Shown here: one piece after another, positions 1-12,136 of the stretch | Layout of the letters: the number at the start of each line of letters is the position of its first letter | How positions within the stretch are numbered: position 1 is the first letter of the stretch | Assembly: GCA_000442015.1 (NCBI GenBank) | Contig: KE561154.1 | Location: forward strand, 1-64,000 | DNA length: 64,000 nt | From: Rozella allomycis CSF55 | Lineage: Eukaryota | Reading direction: 5' to 3' | Program-made: the position numbers and the translations under genes | The notes under the pieces: generated by a model | The model's database searches: none | Seen by the model: only the letters and a program-made list of their open reading frames with translations | What the model was told of the DNA's origin: nothing

Positions 1-321
1 AAGAATCGCTTGTTACACTTACTTTTGAGTCCCATAGTGTCAAGTGTAGCAAATCTTAAAAAGTATACAACGGATTAAAAAATTATATTAATTAAACGAT
101 AAAATTTATAGACAATAGACATTTATTACAATATGATATAATTGAGATTCGGGATTCGCAGGAGGAAACTGGGTGAACGTCACGAGCGATAGAAGAAGGC
201 TAACGACAAATTCACCCCGGGTGTGACACACCCCTTGTACAACTACCCATAGAAGAAAGCGGTAAAATGAATTCCTGAATGTTTTTGAAAATAGAGATTG
301 ATTATATTTTAGATGAAATCA

Positions 322-575
322 CACTAATGTCAAAAAATGATAAAGATAGAAAAACTTGTTTTGTGTGAATAAATTTATTTTAAATAAGAAATGTGTGAAG
401 AAATTTATTGTTAATTTTTATAGATTCGGGATTGTGAGACGGTAAATCAAAGTCAGAACGATAGATTTAATTTTAGACGACTGACGCAATCACCATTTCC
501 ATGGATCTTCAAACTAATGTCAAAAAATGATCGCGATAGAAAACAGTTGTTTTGTGTGAAGAAATTTATTATTAA
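322..575 (+). repeat. Imperfect direct repeat of about 60 bp (copies near 322-378 and 513-570), probably retroelement-derived
   Basis: Both copies read actaatgtcaaaaaatgat..gatagaaaa...tgttttgtgtgaa.aaatttatt. Confidence 0.6.
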
Positions 576-807
576 TTAGAAACTCCCCGCCCGGACTCCG
601 ATTTAACGAGTATTGCGAGACTTGTTCTGATAAAATCGGAGAGTTCAGTTACTTTGGATAAAATCATAAATCACCATAAGGCCTCTTTCAGAATTTTCAG
701 TTGTATATGTATTTTGGGTTTTTTTACAAAAATGTGTTGGAATCACAACCAGAAAAGACTATTCATTATAACTTGAAAATATGAATGAAAAGCCGTTGTG
801 TCTGAGT

Positions 808-1240
808 TTATTTCTTTGCTTTAATTTCATCTTCTAGTAAAATTAATTTGCCAATTTGAGGATTGAAATCTTTTCTTTTTACATCTATTCGAGCTTTCAT
901 TAATCGACACTTATAAGCATTCGTTTCTTTAACGTTATTTAATAAATTCTTTATTTTATTAATTAAATTTAGTTTATATTCCTCAACATTTAACTCCTTC
1001 CCCTCCCAATTTTGTTTCCAAACATCCAGCGGAGTGCGAGGTTCTCGACCATGACAAATATGGAAAGTCAAAGGAGTATCACCAATAGTGGGAGCAACAC
1101 TTACACGATATGAATATCGATATATTTATCCCAATTTCCCTTTTCTTCGTTAACCAAGATTGTTAGAGCGTCTCCAAGGAAACGATGGAACTTTTCTATT
1201 TTACCGTTTCCTTGAGGGTGATAGGCTGTTGTACCTAGGG
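808..1240 (-). mobile_element. Degenerate Ty3/Gypsy-type LTR retrotransposon integrase fragment
   Basis: The minus strand reads GTTAYHPQGNGKIEKFHRFL (the integrase 'TxYHPQxNGxxERxxRxL' motif), then NWDKY, YRVSVAPTIGDTP and FHICHGREPRTPLD, across frameshifts. No intact RT or RNase H is seen. Confidence 0.8.
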
Positions 1241-1867
1241 TTTACCACAAATCTATTTTTGGTTTATGAAATTTGGGAATTCGGGATTGTTAGGTTAGTT
1301 AGGATATCGATTATTTTAAAATCCATGTTTAAAATATGCAAATTTTATTCTCTATCTACAATATTCAATTCCATAGAGTTCGATACTTTGGTTCTGAACC
1401 TTTCAACTTTGGACTGTTCTTTTTTCTTTATTGCCTCTTGAAGTTCTTTTTTGTTTCTGCTTAGGCCTATGAATATATCCCCATTTTGGGCACTCATAGT
1501 TAGGAAATAATCCTGTAATGTTTTTTAATAATGCATTTTAGAATGCGTAGACGCCGTAGAGCATACTGATTACTGGCAAGATAATCACCAAACGTAACCT
1601 CCCGTTGGGAATGTAATTGATTCCTATTTCCATTTCCATGATTTTACCAATAAGAGAACCAAAGGCTGGTAACAATTTTTGGCAAAGCATCCATATCTTT
1701 TCGTATAAAGAAGAAAGAAGTTTGTTTATTTATGAATGTTTTTGCCCACATGGAGAACTTCGGATATAATGATGCAAAACAAATCAAACGCTTTCTGGCT
1801 TTTGACAATATAACGAAAATCAATTTTAGTTATACACAGATCAAATTTAGTTTTATTTACAAAAATA

Positions 1868-3478
1868 TTACGGATTTTCATACTCTTGCAATATTTCAAA
1901 CATGTTTGCGGTAAGATCATAATTATTCTCTCTCTTTTTCGTTTTCCTTTTGTCTTTAGATTTACGACATATATTAAGAATGCTAATTTGATTTTCGTCT
2001 GAGAATCTTTCAAAAGACTCATTAAGTTCAATATCTGGATTCATCAAGTAATACATATATCTTTTCCCATCTAATTTACAAAGGGTATCGCAAACTAATT
2101 CAATGTCCATTGGACAATATAATAAAAGCAATAGACATGAGCAATATACGTATGCGTGAAACTCGGAAAAATGATGAAATTGTTTAATTGCCATTTTCAT
2201 AGCTACACATTCAGATTTGGGTCTGTTTATCATTGCAAATAATGCATACCGGCTCGCTACAGGAACATCACTGGCCTGTAAGAATCTTTTAAAGCAAAAA
2301 TGAATAAATTCATTGGCAGTTATCTTTTTGTCTTGTTCTTTATGGATCTTTTCATAAAAAGTATTCAAATGTTCATCAGGTTCTTGGAAATCAATGTCCA
2401 TATGTCTTTTTGTAATATCAAGGCCTTCTCGAATGTATTCGTGAATGTGAACGAGACTCTTATTTATATGAGATAGCCTAAAGTATATTTGTCGCCGGAC
2501 ATTTGTTGATGTTAGCCATACAGATGGTTGCTTGATGTCTTCAAGCATTGTGTTGGCATAGAATACTTTATCAATCAAGCAAGACAAAATTTTAGGTTCT
2601 AGTGGAATTAAATTCAATGCAAATCCATCAAATTGTACTTCAGTATCCTCCTTGTTTTGCTCATATCTTTCAATCGCTTTATAAAAATTCAGATGAGAGG
2701 AAGTTGGTAAAATTTGGGATAAATTCAATGATCTTATATCATGAATTTCGATGTTACGAATAAACTTAATCGCGTCGCCACTTTGAATTGGTTTCTTTGT
2801 GTACCTATCTCTAAACGCGTCAAAATAGTCGCATCCAACTAGACAAGCATATATAGGCAAAGCTGTAACACTTATTTTCATAACTGAAGCCAATTCAATG
2901 CTATCCCAATAAAACCATGAATTTGGTTGCTCTAGACTTACCAGTTGCAATGGAACTAGTCCTTTTGACAAATTGTGATAAATTAGAAAGTCGGTATCAT
3001 TACTAAGAATTACGGCTTTATATTCTCGACTCGCATAAGATATTGTCAGGTCGACATCCGCACCTGAGCGTACCTGAACCCTCACAAAACGTAAATTTTC
3101 GCATACATTAAGAAGCATTAAATATGCACCCACGGGCAAAATATTTTTTGTTTTTGAATAGTTGCTGTCAATTAATAATTTTATACTTTGGATTCTATCT
3201 TTCTCGCGTTGCAAATGAACACTTCTTTTCAAGGATTCGGATGGAGTTTCTACGAAAAGATATATATGGTGAAAATTTTCGTGCATTTTATTAAATGCTC
3301 TTGAAATTTTCCTGGAAAAACATTCATAGTCGATCATAAAAAGTTCATCGAGTTGATCTCCAAATATTTTATAAAGGAATGCGTATCCGTCAATAATAAT
3401 GGAATCAAATTCCTGTTTTGCGATTTTTTTACAGTCTAACAAACTTTTACAAATGGTGAAAAGCCTCTTCACCCCCAT
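1868..3478 (-). CDS. Asteroid/XPG-like PIN-domain nuclease family protein
   Basis: 536-aa ORF with MGVxxL start, IIIDG, LSNDTDF and ACLVGCDY (H3TH-like) motifs. Confidence 0.8.
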   Translation of the reverse strand: MGVKRLFTICKSLLDCKKIAKQEFDSIIIDGYAFLYKIFGDQLDELFMIDYECFSRKISRAFNKMHENFHHIYLFVETPSESLKRSVHLQREKDRIQSIKLLIDSNYSKTKNILPVGAYLMLLNVCENLRFVRVQVRSGADVDLTISYASREYKAVILSNDTDFLIYHNLSKGLVPLQLVSLEQPNSWFYWDSIELASVMKISVTALPIYACLVGCDYFDAFRDRYTKKPIQSGDAIKFIRNIEIHDIRSLNLSQILPTSSHLNFYKAIERYEQNKEDTEVQFDGFALNLIPLEPKILSCLIDKVFYANTMLEDIKQPSVWLTSTNVRRQIYFRLSHINKSLVHIHEYIREGLDITKRHMDIDFQEPDEHLNTFYEKIHKEQDKKITANEFIHFCFKRFLQASDVPVASRYALFAMINRPKSECVAMKMAIKQFHHFSEFHAYVYCSCLLLLLYCPMDIELVCDTLCKLDGKRYMYYLMNPDIELNESFERFSDENQISILNICRKSKDKRKTKKRENNYDLTANMFEILQEYENP

Positions 3479-3501
3479 GAGTATCTTAATTCAATACAAG
3501 G

Positions 3502-3511
3502 GTCACGTGAC
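3502..3511. promoter_or_regulatory. Palindromic E-box GTCACGTGAC in a 37-bp divergent intergenic region
   Basis: Lies between the ATGs at 3478 (-) and 3516 (+). CACGTG recurs at 4301 and 5222. Confidence 0.5.
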
Positions 3512-3515
3512 AAGC

Positions 3516-4181
3516 ATGTTTTATTTCTATTATTTAATTTTAAGTTTTAATATAGTCTATGCTAGCCCAATTTTATCTCCGGATTCCTCACCTAAAATGG
3601 CTGCCTCTGTGCCATCTGAATCTATTAGTTTAGAGGCACGTCGTTTGCATCTCATTGACAATTTAGAATTTCTAAATCATCAAAGTAGCATTATAGGATT
3701 TGAAAAATCAGAATCCACTGAATTCACGACGGCTTGTGCTTCATCGTCTGCAGGAAGCCCATCGACAATTGAATTTACATTACCAACAGGTCACAGCAAT
3801 AGTGGTATAGAAAAGCGCTCAGATAAAGCAAGACATTCCTTGCCAACGCCAAATCCTTCACCAGAAAAGCCTAAGCGACAACAGCGAGTCATTCAAACAG
3901 AGCAACGATCGATACCTCAACAAAGTAGCATTGATCAAGCGTCTATTTTGTGCAAAGAATATCAAAAGTTTGGTACTCCTGGTCAAAATATTGCCGGCAT
4001 TCAAGCAATTAGAAATGGGCACGATGAATGGATTCCAATTGACATTCAAAAAGTTACTGAAAACCAAAAATTTAAGATTGATGGGGTCGATTACTATGTT
4101 GTCTTTTGCTATCATGATGCTCTGATTGCTTTACCTGTTCAGCCTGATTCTAAAGATCCAATATATTACATCAATGTATAA
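3516..4181 (+). CDS. Secreted orphan protein (Ser/Pro-rich)
   Basis: In-frame ATG at 3516 gives the signal-peptide-like MFYFYYLILSFNIVYA|SP. Intronless; no family recognised. Confidence 0.65.
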   Translation: MFYFYYLILSFNIVYASPILSPDSSPKMAASVPSESISLEARRLHLIDNLEFLNHQSSIIGFEKSESTEFTTACASSSAGSPSTIEFTLPTGHSNSGIEKRSDKARHSLPTPNPSPEKPKRQQRVIQTEQRSIPQQSSIDQASILCKEYQKFGTPGQNIAGIQAIRNGHDEWIPIDIQKVTENQKFKIDGVDYYVVFCYHDALIALPVQPDSKDPIYYINV

Positions 4182-4350
4182 ATGCATAATAAAGATATTT
4201 CTCTGTGTAATTTCACTCGAATAGTTTAGGCGAGTATGTTTTTATCCGTTTCAATTGTCTTTTGATACAATGTAATTGGTATTTTCATGAACAGCTTGAT
4301 CACGTGCTCTCTATATAAAAAGTCAAGGGCTAAGACAGGAGGACATCGAA

Positions 4351-4962
4351 ATGAAGAATTTAATGTTTATGAAGATACTTATGTTAACTACTTTTTCATC
4401 AAATAGCCCAATCCCAAGTAGAGTCCCTCATCAATTGGTTAGGGACTTATTCCCAGAACTTGATAGTTCTGAAAGTAGTTTTATCGATTTATTCAATCCA
4501 GACCATTTGTATCCAGATTCTACTAATATGACTTCATCCTTTGATGCTCTAAATGAAAAGCTGCCAATAGGCCATTGTAGTGAGTGTTCTGTGGAACATG
4601 AAAAGCAAGTGAAATCAGAAAAAACAAACGACAAGATCATTGGCAGAACAGGTGTGCCCATTCCTGATGAAGCGCATACTAATTCAAAGGCACCAGAGCC
4701 AAGCCAGACATTTACAGTTAATGAAAATATGGCTAAGAGTGCTGAAAACAACGCATATATGCCTTTACATAATCTTGGTGGTAGTATTCATAAAGTACCA
4801 GTACCGGTACCTGGACATCCTTCATACTATTGTTGTTTCCAGACCGATAAAGGTCCATTGATGGTACCTTTAGAAAAAGTTGTGCTTCATCAAACCTCTG
4901 CTTGGAGGCTTACTGAAAAGGGCTGGGCATTGACGCCATGTGTCTTCCTAACACCGTGGTAG
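4351..4962 (+). CDS. Probable secreted orphan protein
   Basis: 203-aa ORF with a hydrophobic N-terminus followed by SPIP. CACGTG and TATAAAA lie upstream. Confidence 0.6.
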   Translation: MKNLMFMKILMLTTFSSNSPIPSRVPHQLVRDLFPELDSSESSFIDLFNPDHLYPDSTNMTSSFDALNEKLPIGHCSECSVEHEKQVKSEKTNDKIIGRTGVPIPDEAHTNSKAPEPSQTFTVNENMAKSAENNAYMPLHNLGGSIHKVPVPVPGHPSYYCCFQTDKGPLMVPLEKVVLHQTSAWRLTEKGWALTPCVFLTPW

Positions 4963-5263
4963 TCACTGGTAGTGTTAATGAAATTTAATAATTACTATGC
5001 ATAAACAGTAACTTAATTCTTATCGTATCAATTTCTGTATATGAGTATAAATATTTATCTATATTTTCAAATGATGACTAGATTGTCCTTGTTACAAAAG
5101 TATGTGTTAAACGTGTTTGGATTCTAAAACTTCATACGGACAAAACGGGATCTATTATTATACAAAGGGAAAAGGTCTTTAAATATGATTTTGCCGGTTT
5201 TCCATGTTAATAGAAAAAGCGCACGTGCTTTTTTTTCAGTGGCTGTTTAGACTTGCGAAGAAA

Positions 5264-6397
5264 ATGACGCTTTTGACTGCTATATTTTCGCTATCGTTTT
5301 TACCTGTCATAATCTTTTCCGGGAAGAAGTTAAACCCAGGAAGTATTGCAAAATCTTATCTAGACGAAATATCCCAATCTGTGGACTCCCTTAAAAGAAG
5401 TTCCAGACTATCTAATATAGTTCTATTTAACCAAGGTCAACTGGACGTTATGAAAGAGAATTTCGACTCTATAAAAAACGATTGGAAAACAAGAATGCAA
5501 AAAGAACATAAAAAACAATCGTTGCCCTTGATCAAGAGTTTCTACCCACCCTTTTTTGTTGTGAAAAACAATGCAAATAGATATTTTCGATCATTTGTTG
5601 AAGAGGTCAGACTAAATCATCGACATAGTGCACTTTTGTATTCATATGAAAATCTTTGTGCTGCGGTAGAGGTTTCGGATTTTCAGCAATTGCATGAAAA
5701 CGCGTCCCTCGTGTTAAACGTTGTTTTAGATGTTTTTAAAAATGAATTCTTGAAGCAATTTGATCATGTATTAGGATTTTTCACTGAGCTTTTGGGTGCC
5801 TTTAATGATCGGAACCTATCCTTGAGTCTTGGCCGCAGACGCAGACTGAATGCTGAAGAGATAAAGGAAAGGAGCGACAATATACAAGAAATAGTCAAAT
5901 TGAAAAAGATCATTACTCAACTCTTAGACTTTAAACAAAACATAATGAACATGAAAAATGACATTGTCAAGGCCAAGTTTTCGCAAGTTTTTACATTCTT
6001 AGACAATCAATCCAAAACTTTAGAAGATTATGCCAAGGAGTATCATAATCCCTATTTTGATTCTATTCAGCAATATCACAAAGATTTGTCGAACATTATT
6101 CGGGGTGTTTTGAAACTCATGACAGTAGTAAACTTTAAAAGAATGAGATTGCCTGAACTTGAAGAACGAGATTCATCAATTGTTTTTAAAAGCTTAAATG
6201 ATGATTCTTTGATCAAAAAGTACCGAAAAATAGAAAAAGGAGAGTTGTCCTCAAATGACCTTGTTTATGACTTTTTTGGATGGCTAATAATTCAAGGTAG
6301 AAGTGATTACATGTCGTTGAATGAAATAAAGAAGACTGCTTTTAGACATCTTGAGTATCCAGTTGTAGAAAAAATGTTTGACGACATGGAACAATAA
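5264..6397 (+). CDS. Secreted or membrane-anchored helical orphan protein
   Basis: In-frame ATG at 5264 gives the hydrophobic leader MTLLTAIFSLSFLPVIIFS, followed by a long intronless ORF. Confidence 0.65.
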   Translation: MTLLTAIFSLSFLPVIIFSGKKLNPGSIAKSYLDEISQSVDSLKRSSRLSNIVLFNQGQLDVMKENFDSIKNDWKTRMQKEHKKQSLPLIKSFYPPFFVVKNNANRYFRSFVEEVRLNHRHSALLYSYENLCAAVEVSDFQQLHENASLVLNVVLDVFKNEFLKQFDHVLGFFTELLGAFNDRNLSLSLGRRRRLNAEEIKERSDNIQEIVKLKKIITQLLDFKQNIMNMKNDIVKAKFSQVFTFLDNQSKTLEDYAKEYHNPYFDSIQQYHKDLSNIIRGVLKLMTVVNFKRMRLPELEERDSSIVFKSLNDDSLIKKYRKIEKGELSSNDLVYDFFGWLIIQGRSDYMSLNEIKKTAFRHLEYPVVEKMFDDMEQ

Positions 6398-6421
6398 TAA
6401 ATTTGAATAAACTTATTAAAT

Positions 6422-8759
6422 TTATTGCCTTCTTAGAAAGTAAATATAAGTGTTTTCAAAGGGTGGATTTACATCGTGCACAACCCTGTTGTCGTTGAAT
6501 AGAATCCATTTGTCATCTACGAGTAAATGGCATACATAATGTCCACAGTGAACAGAAGAACCTTTGTGTGAAATAAATCCAACTATTTTATAATTTCCTT
6601 CTCCATCTTGACTTTTCTCGTTTCCGCCAGTTGGTGATTGTGATTCTCCACAGTCAGGATGACTAAACAACCAGTCGATAGCTCTTTCTACATTCATATT
6701 CTATTAGAACAAAAGTATTAGTATTTTACAGTTTCTTTTAATGCTTTGGTAGCTTGTGTGTCTGTGAAGCCCATGGAAACAATTAGGGCTACAGACTCTT
6801 GATCAACATCAACAGATGCAAGTTTGTTATTAATAGGAGATTCAATGTCTATAATGGATATTGTTTTCTGTCTTACCAGGATCTTCCATGTGTTCAAAGA
6901 GCCAATTCATTGCCGAGTCAGCATCTCTGTTTCCAGTTGCTAGTAACGCCTTTTCACACCTAAGCCTAGAAAATCCCATTGCCATTAATTGATCAAGAGC
7001 TGCTTCATTCAAAGAAGGTTTTGAATCTTGGTTGGGCAATTCTACTTCATTTTCCAAAGGACCATTTAGTCTGAATTGTTCCAAAGAGAACTTGTTTAAT
7101 GGAACTGTGACTTTTTTATCTAACTTTTCAGGGGTCCAATTATTCAAAACAAATCTTTGCATTTGAATAACCAAAATTTCTGGAAATGAGCCAAACCCTG
7201 TAGATTTGTAAAACTGATTAGACGAACAACTTGGGCAATTCATTTGAACATTTTCTGGACTCACAGTAGCCTCAAAACAATTAATTATGGAAGCGTTTTC
7301 TATTTGGGGAATCATTAAAGAAATTGAATTGCTGGTGACATTTGAATATTTGACTTTGTGGCAATTCGCACATTCCAATCTTTGTGTAAGATTAAACTGA
7401 AATGGCAAATGCGGAGAAGTTCCTTTAATCTTTGATTTTTGTTCAACCAAATTTATCATGAATTGATAAAATTCAAATGCGTCTTGTTGCCTCATTGATG
7501 CGAATTCTCGATTATTTTGAGAAATAACACTCTTGAATAGAGTTGGGGAAATTCCTAATTGATCTTTAAGATTCAAAGGAGGTTTTGAATAATTTCCACT
7601 CAACAATCCCATGGCTATTTTTCCCATTTGACATTCAAAACAATTTTGAGGTTTTTCACGACAATTAAAATGATGTTCTATAGCGGTTTCATAATATTCT
7701 TGTTGAAATGGTCTTAAATAGAATAAACTTTGAACAACAGATGCTAAATAACAACTGTTTCCAATGTTCTTAATCCCTGTTAAACCAGGCCCAAAAACAT
7801 TCTCATAATCTTCACCATCAACAGTTTTCATGTTAAATGTAATATTTTGATCTAATTGCATTTCAGCCATGTTTTTCTCCGTTTTTTGTTGTGTCTTTAC
7901 ATTAATTCCAAATAGCTTTAAATGGCTCTCCAATTCAGGGTCTAACCTCATATCATTACATTTGTAACAATAAATATCTATAAAAGTTACAAATCATCTA
8001 CTACCTGCCTCCCCTTCAGCCGTTATGGTTCCTAGCTTTAACGACACTGGATGTCCAGTCTTTTCAAAATGTTCCATTCCATGATTATTTCCACCACTTC
8101 CATCAAACTGTCTTCTTCCACATCCTACATTTCCACATGTCATACATAACCACAAATTCTCTTTCATATCACACTCATTACATTTCTTTGGAACTTTTAA
8201 TCTTGAAATAATTTGTTTACCACTAGAACATGTGGGATTTTGTTCTAAACATACAGTATGCTCACAAGCTTCCACTACTTCTTCCCAAGATTTAATTTCT
8301 TGTTTTTGGGTAGCAGAAGTTGCATTCATAATCCCATTGACAGCTTTCTCAATTTGTTCACAGTTTCCCAATTCGCATTTACAGTCAACACACCAAGTCT
8401 TAACCTTAGTTTCATATTTCTCCTGCAAGGATTCATCCACAACCAACTTTGTTATCTTTTTGGGAGGCTCCACCTATATACTATTAAACCTAGAATAGTT
8501 TACCAACTTAATTTTCTTTATATTCAAGTATAATTTATGGCCGGTTTTTTCATGATGTAAAGAAGTATGGTTCATTGTCTCGGGACCAGAACAGCCAGAT
8601 TGCAGGCAGGTCAAGCAAACGTCGATACCATTCAAAGATTCCTCAAGAGATAAACAAGATTATGATTACTGGAGTTTCGAAACATAGTAAACATTCTTCC
8701 TTGTAAACATTAGAGTAAGTCGTCGGCGCGACAAAGCTAGGAATGTGCAAACAAGTCAT
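6422..8759 (-). CDS. UBP14: Ubiquitin C-terminal hydrolase 14 / USP5 (isopeptidase T), multi-exon
   Basis: VYKEEC N-terminus, zf-UBP (LWLCMTCGNVGCGRRQFDGSGGNNHG), Cys box GIKNIGNSCYLASV, two UBA domains, and His box FISHKGSSVHCGHYV. Confidence 0.95.
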
Positions 8760-9048
8760 CACAACCAGGGTAATTGCCAAAAGATTAGAGAAGAGAATGC
8801 CTGTCATTATAAAATAAAAAAGATTTTTTATGTAACTGCAAAAAAATATATACAAGAATGCGGAATGTAAATATACTGTACAGGTTAAACAGTATATTTG
8901 ACATACTTTTGTGAGGCCATTTTTGATGATTATCTAGAGAGGTTTATAATTTATGAATTATGGTCACCTGATTCAATTCTAGGTCTAGTTGTCGTGCTTT
9001 TATCTATGCAAACTTCAATATACAATTGTTTAGGTAAATAAAATCTAA

Positions 9049-9121
9049 GCCTCTTTAGCTCAGTTGGCAGAGCGGTTGCCTCGTAAGCAAAAGGTCGGGT
9101 GTTCGATTCTCCCAAGAGGCA
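9049..9121 (+). tRNA. tRNA-Thr(CGT)
   Basis: GCCTCTT/AAGAGGC acceptor stem, TAGCTCAGTTGGCAGAGC D arm, TTGC-CTCGTAA-GCAA anticodon arm, TTCGA T loop, T run downstream. Confidence 0.93.
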
Positions 9122-9250
9122 ACTTTTGCTTAAATTTTTTTGAATTAACTGCCATTGTTTGTAACAGTATTCCTTTAAATTGCTAATTGCTAAAGTTTCG
9201 ACTCAAATAAGAATAAAAGTATAATTTGTTAATGATTGTCATTTTATACG

Positions 9251-10362
9251 ATGGAGATTAACATGTACCCTGGTTCATCTTCAGAAATGTCTAAACGGAG
9301 GCGCCAGGAAACAGACCAAGTTGAAAATTTAGATGAAGAGGGCCCATCTAATTCCTCTGTTTCCGAGAGAATAAGGGGAAAACGACGCGCACCTACCGAA
9401 ACCACGTTGGATCCACCTGAACCTCGTCGCTCAACTAGAAATCTTCCAGCGTCTTTTCAAAGTAGGGGAAATAAATCGACAACTTCTACATCTAACAATC
9501 AGACAAGGAGAGCGAAACCAAGAGAATCCGAGCCATTCGCAATTGATGACTCAGAAGTCTTGGAACCACCACGAAGACGTAGAAAAATTGAAGAAAGTGT
9601 AGAGCCAACTATGGTGACTAGAAGTCGATCTACACAAAATACCGATATGGCTGGTCCATCAACTTCAAATGGAAACACTAGTAGGAGTAGAACCCAACGA
9701 AGAGCCTCTAAAAGACCACAACTCAGACCTGCAGAGCATAATGAACCAAGTCAAGGACGTACAAATACACGAAGAAGAGGAAATAATCGACTGACTTCTT
9801 CGCGTGCTACCAGAGATGTTATTAATCTTTCAGACCATGATTCCAATCAAAGTGGGGATGAACTTCAGGACATTGGATATAGAAATCGTGCAGTTGAATT
9901 TGGAAACGCGTATCGTGTTCGCGATCCTTTGGAAACTATTGCTGCAATAGTAAATTTCATTGTTTTCATGAATAGGTCCAGCGGGATAGTTTTATAAGAT
10001 TGTTTCATATTTTAATGAATGGTCCGTCATATGCCAATGTGGATGAAATGGGCTATGATGAACTTTGGGAGCTTCAAGAAACTCTTGGGAATGTTAAGCA
10101 AAAGGGGGCAACATTAGAAGCTATCAATAGCATTCCCGTGTATAAATATTTTGAATTAGACGACTCTTTAAAAGGCGACGAAGTATGCAAGTAATAGTTT
10201 CAGTAACAGTCAAATAGTTGCACTATATGCCTCACAGACTACGATAGTTTTGATGAGGTTAAAGCATTGTACTGTTCGCACGTATTTCATAAAGAATGTG
10301 TAGATCGTTGGCTTTCAGAAAACGCTTCGTGTCCTGTATGTAGAGAAAAGTTAGAGGATTGA
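9251..10362 (+). CDS. RING-H2 E3 ubiquitin ligase with a disordered N-terminus
   Basis: MGYDELWELQETLGNV motif; the last exon encodes CTICLTDY...C.H.FHKECVDRWL....CPVCR. Two short introns. Confidence 0.85.
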
Positions 10363-10396
10363 AGAGATAATAAAATTGGCATCGGTAAATAAGATT

Positions 10397-11846
10397 TCAA
10401 TATTTATTGCTTTTGTGAAACATTAAATCGGTATAATTCTCGGCAATTATATTTAATGTTCTTCTTGTCCCGCAAAGTTCTACAAGGAGATATGAGATGC
10501 ATCTAATAAGTTTGCAGTCCTCGTATACAACTTTCAAAAGTTCAGCTTTAGTTCTAACATCATCAACTATGCCTTGAGATATCCCAGAAACTTTGGTAAT
10601 ATCAAATGGCTGCTTTAATTTCCTATTAATCTGAACTAAATCAGATTCTCCGATTTGCTCAACAAAGAAATATATCAATTCTTCAATTTCAGTAAACTCA
10701 TTTACTGGTGTATTAATACCCGAATCAAATGTTTTAATTTTTATTGAGGTCTACAAAAACATGATTAGATAAAAACAAAAGCCTTACTAGTAACATTTCA
10801 CGGGCCCTTGTTTTTTCTTCGTGTATTATATTTTCATTCAAAATCAGATCAGAGTCGCTGGACCTAGATCTTCTCAAGCCTTCATTTGGATTTGGCATGG
10901 AACTAGAAAGTTCTGTTTCGAGAGACACACAAGGTCGCAAGCCTGTACCATTGATATCCCTATATGAAAATGACAATTATTTATACATAAAGTCCGTTTC
11001 ACTGAACAGATTAGGTGACGAGTAATCGTGTTGCTCATATAGCAACCTCGTAGTTTCATCCAAATCTTGTTGCAGGGTTTTGTTAGAACGATTCAAGTCA
11101 TCGATAATCCCCAATAACTGATTAATACGCATTTCTTTAGAGTGCAATTCCCTTTTCAATAGATTTTTGTCCTTTAAAACTTTTCATCAATCAATTACCT
11201 CTTCCAATTCATTTCTTAACACAGCAAAATTCTGAATTGTATCAACTTGAATACTCTTTTCTGCTTTGATTAATGGCTCTGTAGAAACTGATTTGTCGAG
11301 ACTTATAGCATTTCCCACTTTTTCTGTCTTTATAGTATTCATTTCAATATCTCGCAATTGAATCCTGGCACTGCTGCCAACCTCATCCAATTTCTTCATC
11401 AATCTTTCCTTGTCATTCGTCACCACTTGGTTTTCCGATTCCAACACTGCAATTTCATTCAGCAAAGAGATAATTTTCTTTTCTCAAATAAAATCTAATC
11501 GTACTTGATCATAATTTTTCGCCAATACTTTCCTTTCATGGATTTCGAGTTCATGCTTGTCATTTATAAAGTGGAGCGCCTTGTTCAGCTGGTCGTTTTC
11601 TTCTTCAAGATCGCATTTTCGAATATAGCATTCTTTTAGTTTGCATAGTAGGCCATTGGACATATCGGTGCTTTGTTTCAAAGTATCCCTTAGGGAACAA
11701 ACAGTTTGATATAATTGAACCTCTAATTCCGTAGATAAATTGGAAGAATCAAATTGGCTTAATGTTTCACTACTATCTTCTTGACTAAAGTTTAGGGATG
11801 CGCTTACTGTAGCCATTAATGACCGTTTGCAATTCGTAAAAGACAT
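10397..11846 (-). CDS. Multi-exon coiled-coil protein of unknown function
   Basis: Consecutive minus-strand coiled-coil ORFs separated by gaps of about 25-35 nt. Exact start uncertain. Confidence 0.55.
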
Positions 11847-11973
11847 CCATGAAAATTCATAAATGTATATTAAAGATATAATTGTAAATTATCAAGAATA
11901 TAAAATCGTGATATAATCTAGATTTTCATTAAAAAAGATATGGAATAGATTATTTATCACATTACGATCACAA

Positions 11974-12046
11974 GGGCTTATAGCTCAGTTGGTAGAGCGC
12001 ACGCTTTGCATGTGTGAGGCCCCGAGTTCAAACCTCGGTAAGTCCA
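11974..12046 (+). tRNA. tRNA-Ala(TGC)
   Basis: GGGCTTA/TAAGTCC acceptor stem with the G3:U70 Ala identity pair, CACGC-TTTGCAT-GTGTG anticodon arm, TTCAA T loop, poly-T terminator. Confidence 0.95.
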
Positions 12047-12136
12047 TTTTTATTCGAGTAGATCAAATTCTTTTTTGAAAGTAGAAGTTAAGGTTATAAT
12101 ATAATACAAAAATAATTTATTGATCAATTGCTTATT

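Noticed and set aside
3399-3515. N-terminal extension of ORF 3399-4181 overlapping the Asteroid-like gene
   Set aside because: The downstream ATG at 3516 gives a clean signal peptide and removes the overlap.
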